Assembly: GCA_964230645.1 (NCBI GenBank) | Contig: CAXRHT010000001.1 | Location: 320,001-384,000, forward strand | Direction: 5' to 3' | Length of the DNA stretch: 64,000 nucleotides | DNA from: Bdellovibrionales bacterium | GTDB lineage: Bacteria > Bdellovibrionota > Bdellovibrionia > Bdellovibrionales > JAGQZY01 | The notes under the pieces: generated by a model | Told to the model about the DNA's origin: nothing | Seen by the model: the letters and a program-made list of their open reading frames with translations, nothing else | Databases searched by the model: none | Position numbers and translations under genes: made by a program | In this document: positions 46,351 through 59,031 of the stretch, in pieces | Numbering within the stretch: the stretch's first letter is position 1 | Layout: every line of letters begins with the position of its first letter

Positions 46351-47279
46351 GGGATCGGTACGGAATGAATGATTTCCTGAGCTAATTGATGGGTGCTTTT
46401 TTCACCGAGATCTTCATGACTTCTTAAGCGATGATTCATTACCGCAACACCTACAGCTTGATAATCCTCGGGGATGACGAAATTTCGTCCTTCGATAAAT
46501 GCGTGGGCCTTGGCGGCTTTATTAAAATCTCTCGCTCCACGTGGTGAAAGTCCCCAGGAAAGTGTTCGGCTTTTTTCAACAATGTCTTGTAGATAGTCTA
46601 ATGAGGAATCTGACACCGTTACTAGATCGATCTGCTCAATCATTTCAATCAAATCCTGCGGAGTCATCACGGGCTTAAGCTCTTTGATCCAAAGATTGCG
46701 ATCACGCCCTCTTAAAATCCCTTTTTCGGCTTCGCGGCTAGGAAAACCCAATTCCAAACGCATTAGGAAGCGATCCAATTGCGATTCTGGCAGAGGAAAG
46801 GTTCCGATACTTTCCTGAGGATTTTGTGTGGCTATAAGGAAAAAGGGTCTGGGAAGCTCGTAAACGTGCCCATCCATAGTCACCTGTTTTTCTTCCATAG
46901 CTTGCAGGCAAGCACTTTGTGTTTTTGGGGTGGCCCGGTTGATTTCATCGGCAAGCACGAAGTTTGAAAACAAAGGACCTTTGTGAAAATTAAAGGTCTG
47001 GGAGTTTTTATTGAAAATCGGTGTTCCTAAAATATCGGCTGGAAGAAGATCATTGGTAAATTGAATTCTTTGCTCTTCAAGACCTAAGAGTTTGGAAATA
47101 GTTTTTACTAAACTCGTCTTTCCCATTCCAGGGCGGTCTTCCAATATAAAATGGCCGCCGGCTAGTAAACAGGTCACACACAATTTGACTGTTTGTTTTT
47201 TATCGACGATGACTTCGTCGATTTGATTGACAAGTTCTTGAATTTTTTTTGCAGAGCTTGAAGCGTCAATTTTTTCCAT
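46347..47279 (-). CDS. moxR: MoxR-family AAA+ ATPase
   Basis: ED.PGMGKT, RIQFTNDLLPADI.G, DEINRA.PKTQSA, ATQNP, LPESQLDRF. Confidence 0.95.
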   Translation of the reverse strand: MEKIDASSSAKKIQELVNQIDEVIVDKKQTVKLCVTCLLAGGHFILEDRPGMGKTSLVKTISKLLGLEEQRIQFTNDLLPADILGTPIFNKNSQTFNFHKGPLFSNFVLADEINRATPKTQSACLQAMEEKQVTMDGHVYELPRPFFLIATQNPQESIGTFPLPESQLDRFLMRLELGFPSREAEKGILRGRDRNLWIKELKPVMTPQDLIEMIEQIDLVTVSDSSLDYLQDIVEKSRTLSWGLSPRGARDFNKAAKAHAFIEGRNFVIPEDYQAVGVAVMNHRLRSHEDLGEKSTHQLAQEIIHSVPIP

Positions 47280-47331
47280 GTTTCACCTATGCTGCCGTCA
47301 CTTAAGTTGAGCGGCAAAGGTGAGGCATCAA

Positions 47332-49059
47332 TCAACCATCATATTCCGTCTTGAGATCCGTAATCAAAAGCTGCAGATTCTCTTTTCCCATATAAAAGTT
47401 GATCGACGGCTCTCCCACGAGGCTAACTCGCTTTGAGGTTAGTTGCCGCTTTTCATCGATGTTATCGGCAAAAAACCACAAAGCATCAATTTTATTTCCC
47501 TGCACATCTTTAAGACTCAGCTTCAGATGCTTTTCCTTAAGAACCCTTGTGGAGGCAACAAAGAGATGATTGAGGCGAAGGATGGGTGGCTTGAATCCAA
47601 CCCCATAGGGTTCAAGTTTTTTGAGCCAATAAGTGAAACGATGATCCAACTCGTCTAAGGTCGCTGTAAAATCATACTGCACCACCGCCTTTGGTCGGTG
47701 CTGATTTTCATAAAAAGCGTGAAGTCTGGCTTTGAAGTCCTCTGCATTTTCCAAGGGGAGTTCAAATCCAGCCGCTTGCTTATGGCCCCCGAATTGGGTG
47801 AGACTTTCGCTCGCTGCTTCGAAGGCTTCTAAAAGATTCATACCTTTTGGAGCCCTTGCACTGCCTACAATTTTATTGTCGATCACAGAACCCACAAAAC
47901 TGGGAACACTATGTTTTTTGGTAATCTTTGTTGCCAGTAACCCTACAATCCCCTTGTAAAAATCTTTTGAATACTCAAACACAAAGGAGAAGTCTTCGCT
48001 CTGCACGGCAAGCTTTGCTTCAATTAAGGCTTGTCCCTGAGCCTGAATCTCTGTTCGGCTTTTCTGGGCCCTCATAGTGTGTACGACTTTTTCTTTGGCA
48101 TCCTCTGGATCTGTGGCCAAGAACAAATCCAAGGCTTGCACTTCCGAATTCATTCGCCCTAAGGCATTGAGCTTCGGAGAAAGAGAAATGGCCACGTCAC
48201 TTGAGGTTAAACCTTTTCCTGCCAGGCCCAATTCTTCCATAAGGGCTCTTAAACCCAAACGGTCGGTTCGCGATAAATTTAATAGTCCATGTTTAACCAA
48301 GGCACGATTTTCTTTCACCAGAGGGACCATATCGGTCAAAGTCGCAATGGCAAAACAGTCCAACAAAATTTTAGGGTCAAAGTCTTTTTCAAGAAGCCTT
48401 AGTTCTTTCATCTTACGTCTCAGACCTAAAACAAGGTAAAAGGCTACCCCAGTTCCACAAAGATGACCAAGATCCGAAGAGCAGGCCCCTTGGTTCGGAT
48501 TAACAATCGCATAAGCCTCCGGTAGAACCTCTTTGGGTTGGTGATGATCAGTAATAATAAAATCAACACCACGCTCGCTGGCAGCGCTCACAGCATCAAC
48601 GGCTGTGATGCCAACATCGATTGTTACAAATAGGTCGATCCCGTGCTGGTCGATAAACTCTTCCACGATTTCGCGATGAACACCATAACCGTCATCAAAC
48701 CGATTGGGCTGAAAAGAAAGAAGGTTTTCAAAACCACAGAGCTGCAAACCTCGAATTAGAAGTGCTAAGCCTGGTGTGCCATCCATATCGAAATCGGCAT
48801 AAAGGCAGATTTTTTCATCATTTTTAAAGGCATGGATCAGGCGCTCAACCGCCCTTTCAAGATCTTTCAAAAGCGAGGGATCCCGCAAGTCTTTAAGACT
48901 AAACTCACTGAAACTGCGGAACTGCTGGTACTCACCAAGGCCTTTGGAGTCCATCCAGCGACGCACAACCAAAGGTATTTCTTCAGGCCAATCTTGGGAT
49001 GTATTCGAGGAGGGCTCTACCTCCTCCCAGTGTTGCATGGAAATGGAAAGTCCCCCCAA
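47332..49059 (-). CDS. recJ: Single-stranded-DNA-specific exonuclease RecJ
   Basis: D.D.DG, P.RF.DGYG, TDHH, P.LNA.GR, GS.R, GGH..AAG, L.PYG.G. Confidence 0.95.
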   Translation of the reverse strand: MGGLSISMQHWEEVEPSSNTSQDWPEEIPLVVRRWMDSKGLGEYQQFRSFSEFSLKDLRDPSLLKDLERAVERLIHAFKNDEKICLYADFDMDGTPGLALLIRGLQLCGFENLLSFQPNRFDDGYGVHREIVEEFIDQHGIDLFVTIDVGITAVDAVSAASERGVDFIITDHHQPKEVLPEAYAIVNPNQGACSSDLGHLCGTGVAFYLVLGLRRKMKELRLLEKDFDPKILLDCFAIATLTDMVPLVKENRALVKHGLLNLSRTDRLGLRALMEELGLAGKGLTSSDVAISLSPKLNALGRMNSEVQALDLFLATDPEDAKEKVVHTMRAQKSRTEIQAQGQALIEAKLAVQSEDFSFVFEYSKDFYKGIVGLLATKITKKHSVPSFVGSVIDNKIVGSARAPKGMNLLEAFEAASESLTQFGGHKQAAGFELPLENAEDFKARLHAFYENQHRPKAVVQYDFTATLDELDHRFTYWLKKLEPYGVGFKPPILRLNHLFVASTRVLKEKHLKLSLKDVQGNKIDALWFFADNIDEKRQLTSKRVSLVGEPSINFYMGKENLQLLITDLKTEYDG

Positions 49060-49068
49060 TAGTTTTTA

Positions 49069-50025
<957 letters not shown>

Positions 50026-50028
50026 TCC

Positions 50029-51753
50029 TTAGGGTGAAATTTTCAGTTTAAGTTTACCAACTAGTAAATTCAAAATCGTGCGTGTGAAGAAAATCGCTGT
50101 AAACATCGAAGTGATAATTCCGACAAGTAGTGTGACAGCAAATCCACGAATAGGACCCGTTCCGAAATACATAAGGACCACACAGACCGCAGCGGTGGTA
50201 ACGTTGGCATCAAGAATGGCCGTGAAAGCTCTTGCGTACCCCTCTTTGATGGCTCCAGCAAGACCGGCTCCTTTTGCGATTTCTTCTTTGATTCTTTCAA
50301 AAATGATAACGTTAGCATCAACTGCCATACCGATGGTCAACACAATACCGGCCACTCCAGGCAAGGTCAAAGTGGCTTGAAGGGAGGTAAGAATGGCGAG
50401 AATCATAAGAATGTTAAATCCAAGAGCCATGTCGGCAAGGATTCCATAAGACCTGTAATAAATAATCATAAAAAAGAAAACCAGAACAGCTCCGATGAGA
50501 CCTGCAAACTTTCCTTTCTCAATCGAGTCTTTCCCTAGGGTTGGTCCCACTGTTCTTTCTTCAAGTTGCTCTAAATTAGCTGGCAAGGCTCCAGAACGAA
50601 GAACCATAGCCGTCAAGTTGGCGTCATCCATTACTTTTTGACGGTCTCCAGAGGAGTTCATCTCAATAGAGCCTCGTCCACCTGTGATCGGCTCAGTTAA
50701 ACGAGGGGCTGACTGAACCACTCCATCAAGAACAATGGCCATCAATTTCTCAACATGTTTAGTCGTGAGGTCACCAAACTCTTTGGCACCTTTAGCATCA
50801 AAAGAAAAGACAACTATAGGCTGCCCTACTTGGTTGAGCGTCACAGCCGCGTCGTTCAGAGACTCTCCACCCATCATGGCATCGGTTTGTAGAACGTAAG
50901 GAATTTTTCCAGCTTCTAAAGTTTTTGCATTCTCCGCTTTTTGAAAACGCACAACACGGTCTTTAGGGAGACGGTCTTTTAAAGCCTCATCCATCTTCTT
51001 TATATAGTCAGAATAACCAAGCCCTTCTTGTCCGAGGGAAAAGTTTTTTTGCTCCTCAGCTTCTTTCACCCAGGTTTGTAATTGTTCAAACTTTGCGGTT
51101 CCCATCATGAACTCCGGGTCCCAGATCATGAAAGAGAGCTTCGCTGTTTTATTGATAAGCTCTTTGGCCTGGGAGGAGTCTTGCACCCCTGGGAGCTGCA
51201 CAAGAATACGGTTGTCACTTTGAGCAGCGATCGTTGGCTCTTTTACTCCGAACTCATCAATACGATTTCGAATGGTTTCAATGGTTCGGTCCACAAGACT
51301 CTTTTTAAAGTTTCGCATTTCGGCTTCGTAGAAACGAGACTCTATATATTGGTCAGTGACCTCAAGCGTTTGGAAGGTTCTCCCCTGCCCGTAGCTTGAG
51401 TCCTCCATATAGGACACAATCTTTTCGCGGTCCGCGGGATTTTTGAAGAAAAATCGCACACGGCCTTCACTGGGATCAATAATTTTGACATCCCCCAGTT
51501 CCACACCTTGCTCGTCTTTTAAAACCTGCTTCATGGAGTAGCTCAGTTTATTGATTCGAGCTTCTACGGCATCTTCAACGTCGATGCCTAGAACAAGGTG
51601 AAGACCACCCTGGATATCGAGTCCGTAGGACAGTTTATCTTGGCTCGGCCACCACATTCCTGATGTGTTCACAAAGTTCGGCATTGTCCAAGCCAAACAA
51701 ATCAGAAAAACCACGGCCACCACTGCGAGTCGCGCATTTAAATTTTCAAACAT
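50029..51753 (-). CDS. secD: Protein translocase subunit SecD
   Basis: GLD.QGG, RID.FGV.EP, LRSGALP, VGPTLG, GMAVDANV.IFERI.EE. Confidence 0.97.
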   Translation of the reverse strand: MFENLNARLAVVAVVFLICLAWTMPNFVNTSGMWWPSQDKLSYGLDIQGGLHLVLGIDVEDAVEARINKLSYSMKQVLKDEQGVELGDVKIIDPSEGRVRFFFKNPADREKIVSYMEDSSYGQGRTFQTLEVTDQYIESRFYEAEMRNFKKSLVDRTIETIRNRIDEFGVKEPTIAAQSDNRILVQLPGVQDSSQAKELINKTAKLSFMIWDPEFMMGTAKFEQLQTWVKEAEEQKNFSLGQEGLGYSDYIKKMDEALKDRLPKDRVVRFQKAENAKTLEAGKIPYVLQTDAMMGGESLNDAAVTLNQVGQPIVVFSFDAKGAKEFGDLTTKHVEKLMAIVLDGVVQSAPRLTEPITGGRGSIEMNSSGDRQKVMDDANLTAMVLRSGALPANLEQLEERTVGPTLGKDSIEKGKFAGLIGAVLVFFFMIIYYRSYGILADMALGFNILMILAILTSLQATLTLPGVAGIVLTIGMAVDANVIIFERIKEEIAKGAGLAGAIKEGYARAFTAILDANVTTAAVCVVLMYFGTGPIRGFAVTLLVGIITSMFTAIFFTRTILNLLVGKLKLKISP

Positions 51754-51756
51754 TTT

Positions 51757-52098
51757 TTAACCTTCCTTAACAGGTTGGGAGACATGGGCTTTTAGGACCC
51801 GAATGCTCACATCATCTGCGATTTCCAGTTTGACGTATTTGTCAGTTAGACCTTCAATCGTCCCGAAAATTCCACTACTTGTCAAAACTCTGTCGCCTTT
51901 CTTAAGCTTTTGTAAAAACTCTTGGTGAGTTTTCTGCTTTTTGATCTGCGGTCTCATCATTAAAAAATAAAAGATGAAAAACATCACCAAAAAGGGAACA
52001 GCCTGAATTAAGAACCCGGGGCTTTCTCCTGCGGTTTCTGCCTGAGCCATTAAGGGCTCCGTCAAGAATACTAAAAACAACATTGAGACACGACTCAC
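51757..52098 (-). CDS. yajC: Preprotein translocase subunit YajC
   Basis: FYFL..RPQ.K, L.KGD.V.T..GI.G; position between tgt and secD. Confidence 0.95.
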   Translation of the reverse strand: MSRVSMLFLVFLTEPLMAQAETAGESPGFLIQAVPFLVMFFIFYFLMMRPQIKKQKTHQEFLQKLKKGDRVLTSSGIFGTIEGLTDKYVKLEIADDVSIRVLKAHVSQPVKEG

Positions 52099-52148
52099 TC
52101 GTCCTCCTTGGGCATAGGAAATTAAGTAAACCCACTACTGGCTTGACG

Positions 52149-52262
52149 TGTCGTCTTGAGCCCTCAAATATCTTGAGCTTTCAAACATGTCGTCTGAGCA
52201 TTCAACATGTCGTCTTGAGCGAAGCGAAAGACCTAAGATCCTTCGGCCGCGCTCAGGATGAC
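52149..52262. repeat. REP/MITE-like palindromic element C with a stuttered left arm and no spacer
   Basis: Four TC(T)TGAGC-containing units ending TGTCGTCTTGAGCGAAGCGAAAGACCT, then A, then AGATCCTTCGGCCGCGCTCAGGATGAC. Confidence 0.8.
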
Positions 52263-52387
52263 TTTTGACAATCCACCTGACAGCAGTGAAGTAAACCGAT
52301 GATATACAAGGAATTTACACAATTTACAAAACTTCAAATCGAGGCCACCAGGACTACTTTGCGCCTCGTCATTTCCCGAGGGAGCTC

Positions 52388-54495
<2,108 letters not shown>

Positions 54496-54534
54496 AGGTT
54501 AGCCAACCTAGCGTCTTGATGGTTCTAGGACAAG

Positions 54535-54561
54535 AAAAAAGGGACCCCAAAATGGGTCCCT
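54535..54561 (-). terminator. Intrinsic terminator upstream of queA
   Basis: Minus strand AGGGACCC-ATTTTG-GGGTCCCT-TTTTT. Confidence 0.8.
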
Positions 54562-54745
54562 CAAAGCCACTTAAATTTTATTAGCTTTTTGCACCTAGAA
54601 AACCGTTGGGACTCTTGTGGGGCAAGAATCATCTTCTAAGCACTGACAACAACAACTGACTCTTAAGGAGGTCACTTTTGAGTCTTCCTGACTATTGAGG
54701 GATCCCATCCTAGTATCCCTTTAAGCACCACCGGGATGCTTATAG
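54535..54745 (-). ncRNA. Candidate small RNA (several hairpins, anti-SD loop, terminator)
   Basis: Hairpins at 54722-54742, 54698-54720 and 54658-54684, followed by the terminator; no long ORF. Confidence 0.35.
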
Positions 54746-54825
54746 ATTAGATACTTGATGGCAGGGCATCGGTTAGAAAAGATTAAAAAATAGACATTTT
54801 CTGGCCCTTGGGCAGGAAGAGCCCT

Positions 54826-54888
54826 TCAGAGATCAGAACTCTGAGATCCGAGCTCTGAGCTCGGGTATCTGATATCAGAGCTCTGGAG
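54826..54888. repeat. Nine degenerate heptamers (consensus about TCWGAGM) forming an imperfect palindrome
   Basis: TCAGAGA TCAGAAC TCTGAGA TCCGAGC TCTGAGC TCGGGTA TCTGATA TCAGAGC TCTGGAG. Confidence 0.7.
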
Positions 54889-54911
54889 TAAATGCCGGAG
54901 GCATTTACGAT

Positions 54912-54998
54912 TGGTGCGCCAGAGAGGACTTGAACCTCCACGGGGTTGCCCCCACCAGGCCCTCAACCTGGCTCGTCTACCAATTCCGACACTGGCGC
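54912..54998 (-). tRNA. tRNA-Leu(GAG)
   Basis: Reverse complement GCGCCAG...GGTAGAC...CCAGG-TT-GAG-GG-CCTGG, long variable arm, GGTTCAAGTCC, CTGGCGC-ACCA; 87 nt with encoded CCA. Confidence 0.97.
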
Positions 54999-55288
54999 TT
55001 CGAAAAAATAGAGGTACTTTTTAAACTTGATCGACGGACAAAGTCAAACTTTCTCGAGCTGACTTCCTCTTTCAAGTACTCACGATTGCCCCAAAGCATT
55101 AATAATATTTATTTAACTAAGAGCTCGAAAACACTCATCTGTACTTGTTTTTATCCCACAAGCCTTGGCAAGCCAGAGGGTTCACGGTTTTCAACCAATC
55201 GACTCCTTTTTAGAGACAAACCAGTAAAATTACCCCAAAGGCATCAATTATATTGACCCGTTGCTTCGTTCCGTCGAATATTAGACCC

Positions 55289-56920
55289 ATGGTCACTGCC
55301 CCTTATCCTCTGAATGAACTGGATCGACTCAAAGATCTCTATGAACTCAATATTCTGGACACTGCAGAATCCGAGGAGTTTCAACAGTACACTCGTTTGG
55401 CCTCACAAATTGCCGACTGCCCCATTGCTTTAATTAGTATCGTTGATGATAAACGACAGTGGTTTAAAGCAAAAGTTGGGATCGACGTTTGTGAAACGGG
55501 TCGCGATATCTCTTTTTGTGGCCACGCCATTGTAGAGTCCGATGATTTTTTCGAAATCTCTGACGCCACTAAAGAGGAAAGATTTCAAGATAATCCCTTA
55601 GTCATAGACACCCCAAATATTCGCTATTACGGCGGGCAGCCACTGATTACCTCAAAAGGACACAGAATTGGGACTCTTTGCGTGATCGACACAAAGGTAA
55701 AAAAATTAAATGAATCCCAAATCAAACAACTAGAAACTCTGGCTCGTATGATTATGAATCGCTTTGAGGAGCGTAAAATAATCCAGAAAACTCAAAAAGA
55801 AATACTCAAACATGATGAGTATCTCACAAGTCTTAGTCACGAAGTAAAAACTCCATTAACGAGCATCATTGGATACTCGGAAATCATTAAAGACGAGCTT
55901 ATTCAAGAAAAGCCCTCTTTAAACAATATTCGTGAGAACATTTCAATTGTCTCGCAAAGTGCTTCTCAACTCTACCAGCTAGTAAAAGACATTCTCCTTT
56001 TAGCCAAAGAGAGTAACACCACCGAAGAGATTCAATTTGAAAAACTCGATCTCTATCGTTTCCTAAGTGAGCTTAAAAAAGTTTTGGAGTTTCATCCCCA
56101 TAAAGAAGGCCTAACTTTTAAAGTGAGTCTTGAGGATGGCCTCCCCAACTTCATCACCACTCATCGCACAAGCCTCAACCAGGTTTTAATTAATCTTTTG
56201 AGCAATGCTTTTAAATACACAAACGAAGGCGAAGTGGAACTGAAAGTAAAATATCTTAAAAATAAAAACCGTGTTGATTTCCATATCAAAGATCAGGGCC
56301 AAGGGATTCCTGAGGAATACCAAAAGAACATTTTCAAACGTTTTGGAACCGATCTGCAATTAACCAATCAAGAAAGCACAGGGATTGGCCTTAGCATTGC
56401 CTCCAATAAAGCCACGGCAATGGGAGGAAAAATTGCACTTCTCTCTTCAGAAGTTGGAAAAGGCTCTCACTTTGTTTTCCGCCTCCCTTTAAGTGAAGAG
56501 GATGCCCCTACAAAAACGAAAAGAATTCCTAAGCTTAAAAAGAAGGTCACCACCCGTCGAGGCCTTGTCATTGATGATTCTAAAGAAAACCGCAACCTTG
56601 TCCGCCTAATTTTAAAAAGTATGGACGTAGAAGTAGTGGAAGCTGATTCCGTTGAAGCTGGACTCAAACAAACTAAAGAGACCACACCTGACTTTATTTT
56701 ACTTGATCATCGACTCGACGATCAAACTGGGCTTGATTTTATCGATAAAGCCGAAGAAGCCGGTCTTCTTAATGACGATACCCACGTTATTTCTTTTACG
56801 GCCTCAGAAACCTATTCTGAATCCGATCGTCTTAAGAAAAATCCCCATGTGGATGGTTTTTTGAACAAACCCTTTGTCAGGGCCGACCTTATTGAAGTGC
56901 TCAACCGAGTTTTCGAGTAG
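55289..56920 (+). CDS. Soluble hybrid sensor histidine kinase (GAF-HisKA-HATPase-REC)
   Basis: GAF (P.NE..RL..L...ILDT, RQWFK, SFCGHAI, NPLV, GTLCVID), SHEVKTPL, NA.KYT, D.G.G, GIGL, receiver DD/D/KP; probable ATG start at 55289. Confidence 0.93.
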   Translation: MVTAPYPLNELDRLKDLYELNILDTAESEEFQQYTRLASQIADCPIALISIVDDKRQWFKAKVGIDVCETGRDISFCGHAIVESDDFFEISDATKEERFQDNPLVIDTPNIRYYGGQPLITSKGHRIGTLCVIDTKVKKLNESQIKQLETLARMIMNRFEERKIIQKTQKEILKHDEYLTSLSHEVKTPLTSIIGYSEIIKDELIQEKPSLNNIRENISIVSQSASQLYQLVKDILLLAKESNTTEEIQFEKLDLYRFLSELKKVLEFHPHKEGLTFKVSLEDGLPNFITTHRTSLNQVLINLLSNAFKYTNEGEVELKVKYLKNKNRVDFHIKDQGQGIPEEYQKNIFKRFGTDLQLTNQESTGIGLSIASNKATAMGGKIALLSSEVGKGSHFVFRLPLSEEDAPTKTKRIPKLKKKVTTRRGLVIDDSKENRNLVRLILKSMDVEVVEADSVEAGLKQTKETTPDFILLDHRLDDQTGLDFIDKAEEAGLLNDDTHVISFTASETYSESDRLKKNPHVDGFLNKPFVRADLIEVLNRVFE

Positions 56921-56958
56921 AAAAACCCTTTTCTCTCAAAGGGCCGTTTCAATATATT

Positions 56959-57780
56959 TTATGAGTTTAACGAGTCACTGACTTCTTTAGTGAGCTCAAT
57001 AGAACGAGAAGCGGCCTTTAAAAGAGCCTCGCTCGTAGTACCCTCCAGATCCTTTTCTCTAAACTTTTCGACGGCCTCGATTGTGACACCTTTTTTAGAG
57101 GTCACGCGATCAATCAAGGTTTGTAATGGAGTGTCTTTTTCTTCTTCCATCAAATGAGAGGAGCCTTTAAAAAGTTGAGTCACTATCATCTCGGACTCAT
57201 CCTGGGGAAGCCCCCAACTTTGCAATTGCTGAGACATGGCCTGAGCAAATTGAAACACGTAAGCCGGGCCTGATCCTGAAACAGTGGTTACTTGATCAAA
57301 AAGCTTTTCTGAAGAAATATTAATTGTCTTTCCACAGGCTTGGAAAAAAGTTTCCACAAAAGATTTGTCCTGATCGGAAACGGCTTCGGTGTGAAGAAGC
57401 AGGCACATACCTTCGCCTACAAAACAGGGAGTGTTAGGCATCACTCGAGTGACCTTTTTGCAACCCAACTTGTCGGCCACAATCGAGGCCGGAACAGCCG
57501 CCATGATGGAGATGATGTGCTTAGAACTAAGGTCCACGCCAGCTTCACTGATCATCTTACAGAGACTCGCAAAATGCTGAGGTTTACAGGCCACCATAAC
57601 TTGATCGGCCTTTTCGATTTCTTTAAGATCTGTAATCTGGCGACCTTTAACTTTTTCAGCCAACCGAATGGCGTCTTTTTCATCGGGGGTGAAGGTAAGA
57701 AAGTCCCCTTTTTGATGTTTACGGTAATATCCTTCCACAATGGCTGTCGCCATGTTTCCACAACCTAAAACAGCTAACAT
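56959..57780 (-). CDS. proC: Pyrroline-5-carboxylate reductase
   Basis: G.GNM, KPQ, RVMPNTP, SGSGPAY, VTS..G.T. Confidence 0.95.
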   Translation of the reverse strand: MLAVLGCGNMATAIVEGYYRKHQKGDFLTFTPDEKDAIRLAEKVKGRQITDLKEIEKADQVMVACKPQHFASLCKMISEAGVDLSSKHIISIMAAVPASIVADKLGCKKVTRVMPNTPCFVGEGMCLLLHTEAVSDQDKSFVETFFQACGKTINISSEKLFDQVTTVSGSGPAYVFQFAQAMSQQLQSWGLPQDESEMIVTQLFKGSSHLMEEEKDTPLQTLIDRVTSKKGVTIEAVEKFREKDLEGTTSEALLKAASRSIELTKEVSDSLNS

Positions 57781-57792
57781 TATAAGACTCCT

Positions 57793-59031
57793 TTATTTTC
57801 GAGTGTGACCTTCACCCACAATCACATAGCGAGTGGTTGTCATTTGCTCAGCCCCCATGGGTCCATAGGCGTGAAACTTCGTCGTAGAAATACCAAGCTC
57901 AGCACCTAGCCCTAACTGACCACCATCATTAAATCGAGTGGAAGCGTTAACGGCAATGCAGCTTGCATCCACATTAAGAAGAAATTTTTCACAATTCGAT
58001 GAGTTCTCTGAAATGATCGCTTCGGTGTGAAAGGTTCCGTATTCATTGATGTGCTCGATTGCATCATCCATGGAATCGACGGTTTTAATGGATAGAGTGT
58101 TGGAAAGATACTCTGTGGCCCAGTCGTCTGCCGTCGCGGGCTTTAAATCCTGGCCACTGGCTTTACTAAAAGCTTCGTCGGCTCGAATGTCCGTTTCTTT
58201 TTCTTTTAACTTTTCAGCAATGGGTCCTGCGAGACTGGCTAGCTTATCCTTATGAATAAGAAGTGTTTCAATTGCGTTACAAACACCTGTTCTATGAGTC
58301 TTTGCATTTAAAACGAGATCAACAGCTTTGCTGTCATCCGCTTCGCTATCAATGTACATATGGCAAAGGCCTTTAAAGTGAGCAATCACAGGCATTTTGG
58401 CATTTTTATAAACATGCTCAATCAATCTTTCGCCACCCCTAGGAATAACTACATCAATGCAGTCTTCCATTGAGAGAAGTGCATTCACCTCTTCACGACT
58501 ATCAGAGGCTAGCACCTGCACACTTTCTGCAGGAACAAATTCACTGATGGATTCTTGAATAATTTTTCCTAAGATTTCATTAGAGTGCTTTGCTTCCTTC
58601 CCGCCCTTTAAAAGAATGGCATTGGAGGATTTTAAAGCGAGAGCGGCACAATCGATAACCACATTGGGGCGAGACTCAAAAATCATTAAGATCACTCCTA
58701 ATGGGATGCGTTGTCTCTTAATGGTTAAACCCTCATCATTTTTAAACTCTTGGGAATAACCACCCACAATGTCATCTTGTTCCGCAATTTCCCGCACACC
58801 TTGCACCATCGCCTTGACGCGATCCTCATCAAGCATCAATCGATCTTTTAAGGCTTGGGAGAGATCCGACTTTTCAGCAAAATCCATATCCTTGCGGTTT
58901 TCAGTGATGACCTCCTGGGTCTTAGAATCCAAGTGATCCGCTAACTTTAACAGCATCTTTTTACGAGTTTGATTATCAAGGCCTCTTAAAACGCGAGACG
59001 CTTTTTTTGATTTTTTTGCTAATTCATACAT
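57793..59031 (-). CDS. proA: Gamma-glutamyl phosphate reductase
   Basis: PLGVI..IFESRPNV, IPRGG, CNAIETLL, NASTRF.DGG..GLGAE.GIST.K.HA.GPMG. Confidence 0.97.
   Translation of the reverse strand: MYELAKKSKKASRVLRGLDNQTRKKMLLKLADHLDSKTQEVITENRKDMDFAEKSDLSQALKDRLMLDEDRVKAMVQGVREIAEQDDIVGGYSQEFKNDEGLTIKRQRIPLGVILMIFESRPNVVIDCAALALKSSNAILLKGGKEAKHSNEILGKIIQESISEFVPAESVQVLASDSREEVNALLSMEDCIDVVIPRGGERLIEHVYKNAKMPVIAHFKGLCHMYIDSEADDSKAVDLVLNAKTHRTGVCNAIETLLIHKDKLASLAGPIAEKLKEKETDIRADEAFSKASGQDLKPATADDWATEYLSNTLSIKTVDSMDDAIEHINEYGTFHTEAIISENSSNCEKFLLNVDASCIAVNASTRFNDGGQLGLGAELGISTTKFHAYGPMGAEQMTTTRYVIVGEGHTRK

Noticed and set aside
54930..55256. 108-aa ORF on the + strand
   Set aside because: It overlaps tRNA-Leu in antisense and has no protein-like features.
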